NCBI GenBank assembly: GCA_947501605.1
Contig: CANMWZ010000011.1
Location: forward strand, 44,228 to 108,227
Source of the DNA: Planctomycetota bacterium
GTDB taxonomy: Bacteria; Planctomycetota; UBA1135; UBA2386
Length of the DNA: 64,000 bases
Reading direction: 5' to 3'
The position numbers and the translations under genes were made by a program. The notes under the pieces were generated by a model that saw only the letters and a list, made by a program, of their open reading frames with translations, was not told where the DNA came from and searched no databases. Numbering within the stretch: the stretch's first letter is position 1; every line of letters begins with the position of its first letter. This document shows positions 23,502 to 33,890 of the stretch, piece after piece.

Positions 23502-26500
23502 CTACTGCGACAGCACGAGTGTGCGCACCGTGCCGTCGATCCCGTGGCGCGTCGACGTTCCGTCGGGCCAGACAACCTGCACCACCGACCCCGCTTCGAC
23601 GTCGGCGAAGAACGCGACGGGTGCGGACTGCGACAGGTAGCCCGACCCAGCGTCGATCCTGGCGCGCCGCATTCGCCCGCTTGGCTCAATGACCATGAGA
23701 CTCGCCCCCACCGCACTCGGATTGCCCGGCGCGCCGCGCAACCGCACGGCGACACCGCGCGGCGTACGCTTGGTCGAGAAGGCATGCACGGGTCCATCGT
23801 TGGTTGCCAGCAACAGGTCGGGCGCGGCATCGCCATCGAGGTCCAGAACCGCGAGGGACTTCTGGTCGCCGCCGAGCGCGAATCCCGACGCGCCGGGCTC
23901 GATCGCTTCGAACTGCAACGCACCACGTCCGCGCAACACGAGCCCGAGCCCACCATCGAAACGGCCGGTCTCCGGCTCAGGCGCGAAGGAGTTGTGGGCG
24001 AGTACGAGGTCGAGCACGGCATCGCCATCGACATCGACCGCAGCGATCCCTTGCACGGGGGCCACCTGGGCCGCGCGGGGGAGCGGCGTCGCACGGAACG
24101 GTCCGTCGGTGCGGGCGAATACGAGGTGTCGCAGTTCGTCGCACTGGAGTTCGCGCGCCGACGACAGTCGCGACTCGCCGTAGATCTGGGGCAGCGTTGC
24201 GCGCGCAAACTGATCGTAGGTGGGGAACGCGACCTTCAACTGCGGCATCGCGTCACTACTGCAACTCAGCCCTCGCACTGGCAGCAGCTTGCCGTCCACT
24301 TCTTTGGCCTCGACGACATCGAAGGAGCCGCTGCCGTCGAAGTCCGCGGCATAGAGGTGCAGCGGATGGCCCGCGCTGGCCTTGTACTTGGTATTGAGAC
24401 CGAGGTTGCCGGCGACCAGTTCGACCCGCCCGTCCTGGTCGAGATCGACGGCCAGGAGGCTCTGCCACTGCCCACTGGGTCGATCCGCGAAGAAGTCAGC
24501 CGTCGCGTCACTCAGTGCCCGACCGGCCTCGTTGCGCAACAGTCGCAGCGGTTGCCATTGCGCCGCGATGACCAGATCCGGCCACGCGTCGCCATCCACG
24601 TGAGCCCACACCGCCGCCGTCACCATGCCCGCATCGAGCAGGGCAGGCGCAACGGTGGCCGTCACATCGACGAACACGCCACCGTCGTTGCGCAGCAGTA
24701 GGCTGCCCTCGGACTCGGGAAACCGACCTGCTCGCACCCTCGTGCCGACGAACAGATCGAGGTCCCCGTCCCCGTCGAAATCGGCCGTGCACACCGGTCC
24801 ACTGCTGCGGCGAAGGTCTGGCAGCGTGCCCGCCGGCGCGAGCTTGAACCCACCCGCGCCATCGTTCTGGTAGAGACGGTCGCGTAGCAACTCTGTCTTC
24901 TCGCCGGCCTCGACGCCGCCGCTGCAGACATAGAGATCGAGGTCGCCGTCGCGATCGTAATCGATGAACACGGCCCCTTGGTCTTCGCAGTCCGCGTCGT
25001 CGCCAAAGGGCCCCGCCACCGCCTCGAACACGCAATCGCCACGGGACCGCAGCAAGGTGCCGGCCTGCCCAGCCGCGCCGCCGACGAACACGTCATCGTC
25101 ACCGTCGCCATCGATGTCGCCCACCGCCAGCCCTGGACCGCTGCGTGACAGCCGGTGCGGCAGCAGCGGTTGCTCTTTGTAGTCGTCGAAGTCGCGCTCG
25201 CGATGACGAACCGGCAGGGTCGCGGTCCTTGTGAGCAAGGGCCACGCGCCGGATCGTGCCAGTGGCTTCGACGGTGACGGGACCGTCGCCGCCGACAGCT
25301 CGCGCACTTCGTAGTGCCGATCCGCAGCGAGGCCCCGAAAGGTCTGCACGGCCCCACTCGGCCACTTCACGGTCAGGGTCGCAATGGTCGCCCCCGTCGC
25401 GAGCCCGAAGTGCTCGATCGGCTCGCCCGCGCTCATGTAGCCCCGTGTTGGCGACACGAGCCGCGACTGCGCCACCCCGCCACTCTCGATCTCGATGCGG
25501 GCACCGACGCCAAAGGTGTTCTTGCTCGCGGAGCGCAACGACACCAGCACGCGGTGCGTGTCGGTCGTGCGGTTCTCGAACACGCTCGCCTCGGTGTTGA
25601 GGTTATTGGTCACGAGATCAAGGTCGCCGTCGCGATCGAGGTCCACGAACACCGCGCCATGGCTGACGCCAAGTTCGTCGAGGCCCCACTCCGCACCGAC
25701 GTCGACAAACACGAAGTCGCCGCGATTCTGTTTGCAGACATTGCGTTCGTCGACGCGCTGCATGCTCCGCGCCAGATCGAGCGCCTTGGCCTTCTGCCCG
25801 GCTTGCACAAGCTGCTTGTAGCTGGCGATCGTGTCCGGGTTGTCCTCGAACACCGGGATGCCGTTGGTGGCATGGAAGTCGAGCCGACCGTCTTCGTCGA
25901 GGTCGGCAAAGCGAACCGACCACGTCCAATCCGTGCTCGCAAGGCCCGCCATGTGCCCAAGCTCTTGGAAGCGTCCGGTGCCGGTGTTGCGGTAGAGGGC
26001 GTTGCGCATGTACTGCTGTGGGCTTGCGTTCATCAAGAACCAGCGATGGTTGTTCATGCTGCCCATGAGCATCTTGCCCATGTAGTGCGTCGTGCTCGAC
26101 ATGTCGGCAACGCAGAGGTCGAAGCGACCGTCGTTGTCGAGGTCGCCGAAGTCGCAGCCCATGCCGAAGAAGGCCGTGTGCGGCAACGCGGTGTCGGCAA
26201 GGTCGCGAAAGGTGCCATCGCCGCAATTGCGCCACAGCCGGTCCGGCGAGTGGATGTCGTTGCTGACGTAGAGGTCGAGCAACCCATCGTCATCGCAGTC
26301 CCACCACGTGACCGCGAGCCCGTTGCCCGAAACGTCGATGCCGGCTGCCTTGCTGACGTCGACGAAACCGGCAGGCCCGTCGTTGCGCAACAGACGATCG
26401 CGCTGCCCCGTAGCGAAGATGCGACCGTGCTGCACGGCGAAGAAGTCCTCATAGCCTGTCGGCACCACCGGCGCGCCGTTGTCGGTGCGGAACTCGGGGA

Positions 26501-27176
26501 AGGGCGGAAACAGCTGATCGCGGCTCTTCTCGATGCTGCTGGGCAGCGTGACATCGGCGACCAGTTCGGGCGGCAGGTTGGGCCCGAACACGCGGTTCGT
26601 CAGCAGGTAGAGGTCCAGGTCGCCATCGCGATCGTAGTCGGCGAATGCACAGCCGGTGCTAGCAGCGGTGATGGCGAGGCCGAGCGGACCTGCGCGTTCC
26701 ACAAACGTGCCGTCGCCTTGGTTCAAGAACAGGAGGTTCTTCGACTCCGTGTTGCAGACGTAGAGATCGAGGTCCGCGTCGCCGTCGACATCGGCGAAGC
26801 TTGCGGCCTTGCCCCATGCATCGCCGCCGCCGAGGCCGCCCGCGGCCTCCGTGACATCTTCGAAGCACAGCGGCGACACCTGGCGGAAGAGCTTGTTCGC
26901 ACCGTCCTGACTGACAAGGTAGAGGTCGGGCAGGCCATCCGAATCGTAGTCGCCGACCGCGAGGCCGGCGCCGCTGTAGACGTAGGCGATGACGTTCTGA
27001 CGACGCAGTTCGTTGCGGAACTGCACGCCTGACTCGGCACTGGGAACACGCCGGAAGCGCTTGCCCTCATGCGCGGCGCGTTCGCGCAGCGGCAGCGACG
27101 AAATCGCAGGCTGCGGCAGAGGCTCCCTTGAGCACGCGAACAGCACGAGCACGAACGGTAGGACCGCGAGCTTCAT
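23502..27176 (-). CDS. Large CRTAC1/VCBS-repeat lipoprotein with two propeller plus ASPIC/UnbV modules
   Basis: Lipobox LFAC; many DxDxDGDxD repeats; RGYMS..HFGL..VKWPSG and GSGYLSQ..VVWPDG segments. Confidence 0.87.
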   Translation of the reverse strand: MKLAVLPFVLVLFACSREPLPQPAISSLPLRERAAHEGKRFRRVPSAESGVQFRNELRRQNVIAYVYSGAGLAVGDYDSDGLPDLYLVSQDGANKLFRQVSPLCFEDVTEAAGGLGGGDAWGKAASFADVDGDADLDLYVCNTESKNLLFLNQGDGTFVERAGPLGLAITAASTGCAFADYDRDGDLDLYLLTNRVFGPNLPPELVADVTLPSSIEKSRDQLFPPFPEFRTDNGAPVVPTGYEDFFAVQHGRIFATGQRDRLLRNDGPAGFVDVSKAAGIDVSGNGLAVTWWDCDDDGLLDLYVSNDIHSPDRLWRNCGDGTFRDLADTALPHTAFFGMGCDFGDLDNDGRFDLCVADMSSTTHYMGKMLMGSMNNHRWFLMNASPQQYMRNALYRNTGTGRFQELGHMAGLASTDWTWSVRFADLDEDGRLDFHATNGIPVFEDNPDTIASYKQLVQAGQKAKALDLARSMQRVDERNVCKQNRGDFVFVDVGAEWGLDELGVSHGAVFVDLDRDGDLDLVTNNLNTEASVFENRTTDTHRVLVSLRSASKNTFGVGARIEIESGGVAQSRLVSPTRGYMSAGEPIEHFGLATGATIATLTVKWPSGAVQTFRGLAADRHYEVRELSAATVPSPSKPLARSGAWPLLTRTATLPVRHRERDFDDYKEQPLLPHRLSRSGPGLAVGDIDGDGDDDVFVGGAAGQAGTLLRSRGDCVFEAVAGPFGDDADCEDQGAVFIDYDRDGDLDLYVCSGGVEAGEKTELLRDRLYQNDGAGGFKLAPAGTLPDLRRSSGPVCTADFDGDGDLDLFVGTRVRAGRFPESEGSLLLRNDGGVFVDVTATVAPALLDAGMVTAAVWAHVDGDAWPDLVIAAQWQPLRLLRNEAGRALSDATADFFADRPSGQWQSLLAVDLDQDGRVELVAGNLGLNTKYKASAGHPLHLYAADFDGSGSFDVVEAKEVDGKLLPVRGLSCSSDAMPQLKVAFPTYDQFARATLPQIYGESRLSSARELQCDELRHLVFARTDGPFRATPLPRAAQVAPVQGIAAVDVDGDAVLDLVLAHNSFAPEPETGRFDGGLGLVLRGRGALQFEAIEPGASGFALGGDQKSLAVLDLDGDAAPDLLLATNDGPVHAFSTKRTPRGVAVRLRGAPGNPSAVGASLMVIEPSGRMRRARIDAGSGYLSQSAPVAFFADVEAGSVVQVVWPDGTSTRHGIDGTVRTLVLSQ

Positions 27177-27402
27177 CGTGGCGATGCTAGAAGGGCTTGC
27201 CGAAATCGCCAGCAGCTGCGGATTCCGCTGCGAGTCCGCTCCTGGCCCGCGACCTTGTTGCCCGGCCTCGCTCGCAGCGGCATGGCAATAGTCGCCCTGG
27301 CAATGTCCCTCGGGTGATTCGTAATCTGCGGCAGAGCCACGCACCCGACCATCGCGCCTCGCCTCGAGGCGCAGAACCCCGGGGCTAGGGCCATCATCTG
27401 CC

Positions 27403-27687
27403 ATGGGTCTCATCAACTGGATCTTCGACTTCTACCAACACAGCAAGATCAACGACGCGCACCGTGAAACCGAGAGTCTGCGCACCGAGATGCTCCAGCT
27501 GCGCTCGACGCGCGGCGATCTCGACCAAGAACGACTGCTGCGTGCCGTCGGCGAGCTGGCGCTGGCGGTCAAGACGTTGCAGCGCGCCGCCGTCGAGAAG
27601 GGAATCTGCAGTGAGCACGACCTCCGCCGCATCGCCGAGCAAGTGGATCTCGAAGACGGACGGGCCGACGGTCGATCGCCAGTGTGA
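27403..27687 (+). CDS. Small hypothetical protein
   Basis: 94 aa with strong codon bias; helical; ends DLEDGRADG. Confidence 0.7.
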   Translation: MGLINWIFDFYQHSKINDAHRETESLRTEMLQLRSTRGDLDQERLLRAVGELALAVKTLQRAAVEKGICSEHDLRRIAEQVDLEDGRADGRSPV

Positions 27688-27870
27688 GCCAATCGCGATC
27701 CTCGGGCGAGCCGACCACGGCGAACTCGATCCTTGCCCTCCACACTGCGTGAGGCCAAGGCACCGTCCAGTTGGCGTCCCCCCACAATGCAGCGAGGCCG
27801 CGCGCCGAGTCACCCCGACGCGCGGCCTCGCCGCGCAGCGCATCGAGATGCGCTGCTCAGCACAGTCCGC

Positions 27871-29859
27871 TCAGTTGCCGATCAGGCCCGACGCGGCATC
27901 CGAGAAGGTGCCGCCGAGGGTGTTGATGGCAGGGTCGAACGAGAACGCCTGGATGTAGAGGTTCAGACCCAGGAAGACCGGGTCGGCCGGGATCGCTTGC
28001 ACCCAGTTCGCGGTGCCACCAGCCGAGAAGAACAGGCCGGCGTTGATGTCCGCGCTGCTGCGGATGAAGCAACCAGCCGCACCGAGCGGCGTCGCCTCAA
28101 TCGGCAGCGGGAAGCCGCTGAACAGCGTGTTGCTGAAGCCGATGAACGGGATCACGCCGAGCGGCGTGTTGGTGAAGTCGACCACCATGTTCTGGCCGAC
28201 GCGCGGACGCGCACTGGCAACGTTACCCGGGATGCCGAGCGTGCCTGGGCAGCCGGCGCCGTAGGTGTAGTAGCCAGCCATGCCGGTCGCGGCCGTCGAG
28301 TAGTTGAGGCGACCGTTGAACACACGCGGCGTGAACAACGTGCTGGTGCCGCTGAACGCAACCGTGCGCACCTGGCCGAGGGTCAGGGTGACGTCGGCGT
28401 TCGAGTAGCTCTGGTTCGTGCCATTCCCGTTGGTGTAGGCGAGGCCTGCACCGGTGAGCACGACCGTGAAGCCGTGGATGCCGGGCGTCAGGTAGACCGG
28501 CGTCGCGAGTTGGATGTAGGTCGGGGTGCCGATGACCTCGGCCGTGCCCGTACCGCTCACTTGGCTCCAGCCGGCGATCGACACGTCGTTGCCGACGTAG
28601 GTACCGTCGCGCGTGTAGACGTCACAGGTCAGCGCCCCACCAGCAGTCGCCGTGTTGACGTTGACGTGGATACCGCAGACCTCGATGCCGTTCGTCGCGG
28701 TGACGTTGGCGTCGAAGTTCATGGCATAGCCCGTGGCCCCGGCGTTGCCGGCGACGAGCGTCGTCGCGATCGACGACTGCGGCGCGAACGTGATCGTGCG
28801 GCTGGCCGTGCGGCAGCTGTTCGTGGCGGTAAGCGAGACCGGGATCGGCCCGCAGCCAGCCGTGTAGCTCCACACCGGGTTCTGGTTGGTCGCATCGACA
28901 CCGGGGATGCCATCGAGGTCCCACTGCCAGCCCGAGGCCGACGGCGAGGTGACCGCCGTGAACTGGAACAGCGCGGGCTCTGCGATCTTCTGCCAGGTGA
29001 AGTTGGCAGCCAACGCATCGACGACGATGAAGTTGGTGCGCGTCACTTGGTAGTTGCCGAGTGCGTCGAACGCCGTGAGGCGCACGCTGTAGTCGCCGCA
29101 CGTGTAGCTCCGCAACGGGTTCGTCGTGAAGTCGTCGTCGATGTTGTCGCCGTCGAGGTCCCACGCGAAGACCGTGAACCCGAGCGGGTCCATCGACGCC
29201 GAGCCGTTGGTGAACTGCACGTTCATCGGACCCGTGCCCGTGCGCGGTGTCGCCGCGAACGTCAGCAAGCTCGTCATCTGGTAGTGCAGACGCATGTTGA
29301 GCGTGCGAACCGCCGACTGGCCGCCCGAGAACGGCGCCGCCGAGGTCGAGTTCTGGATGACGGCCGAGGTGAGGTCAGCCGACAGCTCCGCGGTCGAGAA
29401 CAGCGTGGGCAGCGGCGGGATCTGGGTCGAGCCGTTGGTGTAGACGTGGCGGAAGTTCTTGCAGTGCAGAGCCACACCGTAGGTACCGGGCAAAAGGAAG
29501 ATGCCCGTGTCCAGCACGATGTTGGCGGCACCGGTGCCGTCAGCGACGAAGCCCGAGGCCGAGCTCCGCTTCGTCCCCCAAACAGCGGGAAGCGAGTGGT
29601 TGCCGACGTGCGTGCCGCCGGGAGCCGTGAGGTAGACGTCGAATGCGCTGGTCGCAGCGTTGAGGTCTTGCGCACGAATATCGATCTGCGACAGGATCAG
29701 CCCTGAACCGACCGTGACCGTCGTATCGAAGTAGAGCGTGTTCGAGAACGGCGCCGTCGCCGTGAGCGCGAGTCCACCGATCATCGTGGTGGTCAGCGGC
29801 GATTGCGCAACCGCAACCGTCGCGAGCGAAACGAACGAAGCAAGAAGCAGCGATCTCAT
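27871..29859 (-). CDS. Secreted PKD-domain protein with an internal duplication and a conserved C-terminal domain
   Basis: Signal peptide AVA|Q; PKD-like segments (VQFTNGS..WDLDGD..Y..GDYSVRLT; WQWDLDG..NPVWSY..VSLTATN). Confidence 0.85.
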   Translation of the reverse strand: MRSLLLASFVSLATVAVAQSPLTTTMIGGLALTATAPFSNTLYFDTTVTVGSGLILSQIDIRAQDLNAATSAFDVYLTAPGGTHVGNHSLPAVWGTKRSSASGFVADGTGAANIVLDTGIFLLPGTYGVALHCKNFRHVYTNGSTQIPPLPTLFSTAELSADLTSAVIQNSTSAAPFSGGQSAVRTLNMRLHYQMTSLLTFAATPRTGTGPMNVQFTNGSASMDPLGFTVFAWDLDGDNIDDDFTTNPLRSYTCGDYSVRLTAFDALGNYQVTRTNFIVVDALAANFTWQKIAEPALFQFTAVTSPSASGWQWDLDGIPGVDATNQNPVWSYTAGCGPIPVSLTATNSCRTASRTITFAPQSSIATTLVAGNAGATGYAMNFDANVTATNGIEVCGIHVNVNTATAGGALTCDVYTRDGTYVGNDVSIAGWSQVSGTGTAEVIGTPTYIQLATPVYLTPGIHGFTVVLTGAGLAYTNGNGTNQSYSNADVTLTLGQVRTVAFSGTSTLFTPRVFNGRLNYSTAATGMAGYYTYGAGCPGTLGIPGNVASARPRVGQNMVVDFTNTPLGVIPFIGFSNTLFSGFPLPIEATPLGAAGCFIRSSADINAGLFFSAGGTANWVQAIPADPVFLGLNLYIQAFSFDPAINTLGGTFSDAASGLIGN

Positions 29860-30018
29860 GGACAGAATCCTCTCCGAGTAAGCGGGGAATGAGCGGACGT
29901 CAAATCTAGCAACCTGCACTCCGACTGTCACCGCCCCCGATCCACACTCGGCCCCTGCTACCATTTCTTGCTCGACGTAACCAAGGACCTGCCGCATCGT
30001 GCGGATCGAACCCCTGCG

Positions 30019-30939
30019 ATGACCGACCCCAACGAACCTCTTGCTGCGACTGCCACCTTCGTCGTCGATGCCGAAGCGGACCAGCGCCTCGATGCGGCGC
30101 TGCGCGCCCGCGCGCCGCAGTTCTCGCTGCAGAAGACCCGCTCACTGTGCGGCATCGGCGCCATCGCGGTCAATGGCGTCCGCGCGCCCGCAACCCACCG
30201 TCTGCGCCTTGGCGAACGTGTTTCCTGGCATCCCGCCCTGGCAGAACTCTCCCTGCAACTCGGTCTCGCGGTCGTGTGCGACCGCGACGGCGTGCTCGTC
30301 TTGCACAAATTGCCTGGCGCAGCCGTGCACGCGGGGCCGCTGGTCGACGACCCCATCGCGGCTCGCCTCCAAGCGGTGCTGCCCGAGGCCGGCCTGTGCC
30401 AACGCCTCGATCGCCCGGCATCGGGGTTGTTGCTCTGCGGTCGCGATGCGGCCGCCGTGCGCGCGATCTCGATGGCGATGGAGCGCGCGGAAATCGAGCG
30501 GCACTACCTCGGCATCGCCCACGGCGTGATCGAGATCGACGAGCGCACCATCGATCTGCCGCTGCTGACAACCGACGAACCCCAGGGCGACCGGCCCAAA
30601 GTGATCGTCGACCACGAACACGGGACGCGCGCCGTCACCCATCTGACCGTGGTCGCGCGGTCGCGCACCGCAACCCTCGTTCGCTTGCGCCTAGAGACCG
30701 GTCGCACCCACCAGATCCGCGCCCATCTGCGTGCCATCGGCCATCCGCTGCTCGGAGACGCACGCTACGGCGACCCGGCGGCCGACGCGATCGCACATCG
30801 CACGTATGGTATCGACCGAGTGCTCCTGCACAGCGAACGGCTGCGCCTCGCCGCGCCTGCGACCGGCGAGATCCTGGAGTTGCGGGCGATGCACGAGCCC
30901 GACATGGCGCGCATGTTTGCTGTACTGCGCGAACGCTGA
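30019..30939 (+). CDS. RluA/RluD-family pseudouridine synthase
   Basis: S4-like N-terminus (RLDAAL); QRLDRPASG with the catalytic Asp; LETGRTHQIRAH and GDARYG motifs. Confidence 0.92.
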   Translation: MTDPNEPLAATATFVVDAEADQRLDAALRARAPQFSLQKTRSLCGIGAIAVNGVRAPATHRLRLGERVSWHPALAELSLQLGLAVVCDRDGVLVLHKLPGAAVHAGPLVDDPIAARLQAVLPEAGLCQRLDRPASGLLLCGRDAAAVRAISMAMERAEIERHYLGIAHGVIEIDERTIDLPLLTTDEPQGDRPKVIVDHEHGTRAVTHLTVVARSRTATLVRLRLETGRTHQIRAHLRAIGHPLLGDARYGDPAADAIAHRTYGIDRVLLHSERLRLAAPATGEILELRAMHEPDMARMFAVLRER

Positions 30940-30970
30940 CACCCGACCTCGTGCTGCCATCGATCCCACC

Positions 30971-33178
30971 ATGATCGCTCTCGTGCGGGTGCTGCTGCTC
31001 GTCGCCCTCATCGCCACGCCCGCGTCGGCACAGACAAGCCCAGAAGAGCCTCGCGCGGGACGACCGCGCATCGGCCTCGTACTCAGCGGCGGGGGCGCGC
31101 GCGGCACCGCCCACGTCGGGGTGCTGCAGGTGCTGGAAGAACTGCGCATCCCGATCGACTGCATCGCCGGTACCAGCATGGGCGCCATCGTCGGTGGCCT
31201 CTACGCCTACGGCCGCACGACGGCAGAACTCGAACAGCTCGTGACGCGGCGCTCGCTGACGACGACCTGGCAGGATCTGCTGCGCGATGGTGGCCCGTTC
31301 GTGACGCTGCCGTTCCGCCGCAAGGAAGAGGCGCAGACCTACCTCGCCGGCCCCAAGTTCGGCATCCGCAACGGCAGCTTCCGCTTGCCCAAGGGCCTGC
31401 TGCAGGGGCAGAACCTCGAGACGGAGTTGCGACTGCTGACCTTGGCGGCCCATGACTTGCCGACCTTTGACGACTTGCCGATTCCGTTTCGATGCACGGC
31501 GGTCGACGTGCGCACCGGCAAGAAAGTAGTGCTCGACCGCGGCAATCTGGCCGACGCGATGCGTGCGAGCATGTCACTGCCCGGCATCTTCGCGCCGGCG
31601 CGCATCGATGGCCGCGATCTGCTCGACGGTGGCCTCGCCGACAACGTGCCGATCGCGGTTGCGCGCGCAATGAACGTCGACGTCCTGATCGTGATCGACA
31701 TCGGCACGCCGGTCGACTCTGTGGGCGCGGCATCGAGTGTGCTCGACGTGTCGCTGAAGGTGATGGCGATCCTGACGCAACAAAACGTCGATCACAGCCT
31801 CGCCAGGATGCAACCCGGCGACCTGCTGATCCGACCGGACCTCGGCGACATCACGTCGAAGGACTTCGAGCGCGCGGCGAAGGCAATCGCGATCGGCCGC
31901 GCCGCCGCAATTGCGCGCGCCGACGATCTGCGCCGGTGGTCGTTGCCGCGAGCAGACTACGATGCGCACCGCGAAGCGCAGCAGCGGCGACCAATGCCGC
32001 CACCGCGGCTTGCGTCGCTGTCGATCGCCAACGACTCGAGCCTCTCCGACGACATGCTGCGCGCCCGCACCTCGCTGCGCGCCGGCGAGCCCTTCGACGA
32101 AGCGCAACTCCGGGAGGACCTCGACCGCCTGTTCGCCATCGACCTGTTCCAGCGCGTGCGCTTCGACGTGACGCCGCGTGGTGACGGGAGCGCCGACCTA
32201 CGCTTGCAGGCGGAAGAGAAGGACTGGGGACCGAGCTTCATGACGTTTGGCCTGTCGCTGCAGACCGACGCCGAGCGCAGTTGGTTCCAACTCGCCGGTC
32301 TGCACGTGGCTCGTGGACTCGACCAGCTGGGGGCGGAACTGCGCACGGTCGCGGAGATCGGCGAGCGCACCAGCCTTGGCACGGAGTGGTACCAGCCGCT
32401 GTCCACCAGCGGTCGGTGGTTTGTGGCGCCGCGCGCCCTGGCCCGCGAGTCGCAGCTCGACGTCTACCAGAACGGGGCGCAGATCGCCGAGCAACAGCTA
32501 CGGCAAGCGGACGCCGGACTCGATCTCGGACTCTCGCTCGGCAGCCTCGGTGAACTCCGCGCCGGCTACGTGCGCCTGTTCGGCGAATCGGACATCGGAC
32601 TCACCACGGCGCCCTTGGCCGACAGCGAGTTCGACGATGGCTACCTGCGCCTGCGCGCGGTGCTCGACACCAAGAACGCGGCCTACTTCGCAACGGCTGG
32701 TTCGCACCTGCTGACCGAGTATCGCCACGCCGATCTCGGCCTGCAGACGAACGATCGGTTCCACAGTCTGCTCGTACGAGCCGACCACGCCGTCACCATC
32801 GGCGACGTCACGCTCGTGCCGGCGATCGAATTCGACACCATGCTCGAAGGCCAACGGCCGGAGTGGGACAAACCGTCGCTCGGTGGGTTCTTGCGCCTGT
32901 CCGGCTTGCCGGTCGCCGCGAGCGTCGTGCAGCACTTGGCACTGGCGCGCCTCGGCGGCCGCGTGCCGGTGTCGTCTGGCCTCGTGCCCGTGCATGTCGG
33001 CGCGACCGTCGAACTGGCCAGCGCCTGGCAGTCGCGCGACCAACGCTTCGACGATACGAGGCTCGGCGGCAGCGTCTTCGCGGCGCTCGAAACCCCGATC
33101 GGTCCGCTCTACCTCGGCCTCGGCCTTGCGGATGGCGGCGAGTCGACTGGGTTCTTGCTGCTCGGCCCAGGCTTCTGA
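30971..33178 (+). CDS. Patatin-like phospholipase with POTRA and beta-barrel (PlpD-like)
   Basis: Signal peptide; GGGARG, GTSMG and DGG motifs; C-terminal TPIGPLYLG...GPGF. Confidence 0.9.
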   Translation: MIALVRVLLLVALIATPASAQTSPEEPRAGRPRIGLVLSGGGARGTAHVGVLQVLEELRIPIDCIAGTSMGAIVGGLYAYGRTTAELEQLVTRRSLTTTWQDLLRDGGPFVTLPFRRKEEAQTYLAGPKFGIRNGSFRLPKGLLQGQNLETELRLLTLAAHDLPTFDDLPIPFRCTAVDVRTGKKVVLDRGNLADAMRASMSLPGIFAPARIDGRDLLDGGLADNVPIAVARAMNVDVLIVIDIGTPVDSVGAASSVLDVSLKVMAILTQQNVDHSLARMQPGDLLIRPDLGDITSKDFERAAKAIAIGRAAAIARADDLRRWSLPRADYDAHREAQQRRPMPPPRLASLSIANDSSLSDDMLRARTSLRAGEPFDEAQLREDLDRLFAIDLFQRVRFDVTPRGDGSADLRLQAEEKDWGPSFMTFGLSLQTDAERSWFQLAGLHVARGLDQLGAELRTVAEIGERTSLGTEWYQPLSTSGRWFVAPRALARESQLDVYQNGAQIAEQQLRQADAGLDLGLSLGSLGELRAGYVRLFGESDIGLTTAPLADSEFDDGYLRLRAVLDTKNAAYFATAGSHLLTEYRHADLGLQTNDRFHSLLVRADHAVTIGDVTLVPAIEFDTMLEGQRPEWDKPSLGGFLRLSGLPVAASVVQHLALARLGGRVPVSSGLVPVHVGATVELASAWQSRDQRFDDTRLGGSVFAALETPIGPLYLGLGLADGGESTGFLLLGPGF

Positions 33179-33206
33179 CCAAGTCAGGGGAGCTTGTGGA
33201 GCAAGG

Positions 33207-33812
33207 TCAGAACTTCATGACGAACTGCAACACCTGCCAGCCCCAGTAGCCGCGCTCCCCTGACAGCTCCTCCGTCGACACGTAGTAGTTGACTTCGGAT
33301 GCGATCATGCCGCGGTCGCTGGTCTGGATCCGCAGTCCGGCACCACCGCTGAACAGGAGACCCCATTCGCTGCCGCGGCCGAGTGTGTCCACGTAGCCAA
33401 GACCACTGCCGACCGTGACGTAGGGCTGCAGCGTGTCATTGCGCGGCAAGAAGTACCGGGCCTGGCCCATCGCACCGAACAACGACTCGCTGTCGTCGAA
33501 ACCAAAGTGCACCGACGGACCGAGGGTGAGATTGGTATCGATCGGAATGTCGTACGAGGACGCGAAGAACGTCATTACTGGCGATGTCGTGAAGCCGATG
33601 CCCATCGGTACCAACGCATCGGCCGGCGCGTTGCCGTCGGCGCCGAACGCAGTGGGCTGCGTCGGTGCGGGATCAGTACTCGCCGGTGCCGGTGCAGGCA
33701 TCGACGACACGAAGGTCTCGGTCAGCGGCGGAGCGGAGCTTCGCGAGGCGACCGGCGCCGTCGCACAGGCGACCAACGGCAAGAGGGCTACGAGCGAGAA
33801 GGTGTGGTGCAT
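33207..33812 (-). CDS. Small outer-membrane beta-barrel-like protein
   Basis: Signal with LVAC; alternating beta strands (LQPYVTVGSGLGY); terminal Phe. Confidence 0.7.
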   Translation of the reverse strand: MHHTFSLVALLPLVACATAPVASRSSAPPLTETFVSSMPAPAPASTDPAPTQPTAFGADGNAPADALVPMGIGFTTSPVMTFFASSYDIPIDTNLTLGPSVHFGFDDSESLFGAMGQARYFLPRNDTLQPYVTVGSGLGYVDTLGRGSEWGLLFSGGAGLRIQTSDRGMIASEVNYYVSTEELSGERGYWGWQVLQFVMKF

Positions 33813-33890
33813 AGCAGGAGGGCAGGGACTGGAATCCACTTCGATCGGCGTCGGCGTGGCGGCCGAAACGACAACCGGGAACTATCCGGA

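Noticed and set aside
21221..27176. Recurring GTCGAGGTCGCCGTC-like DNA repeats read as a CRISPR or repeat array
   Set aside because: Irregularly spaced and in frame; they encode the DGDLD motifs of FG-GAP repeats
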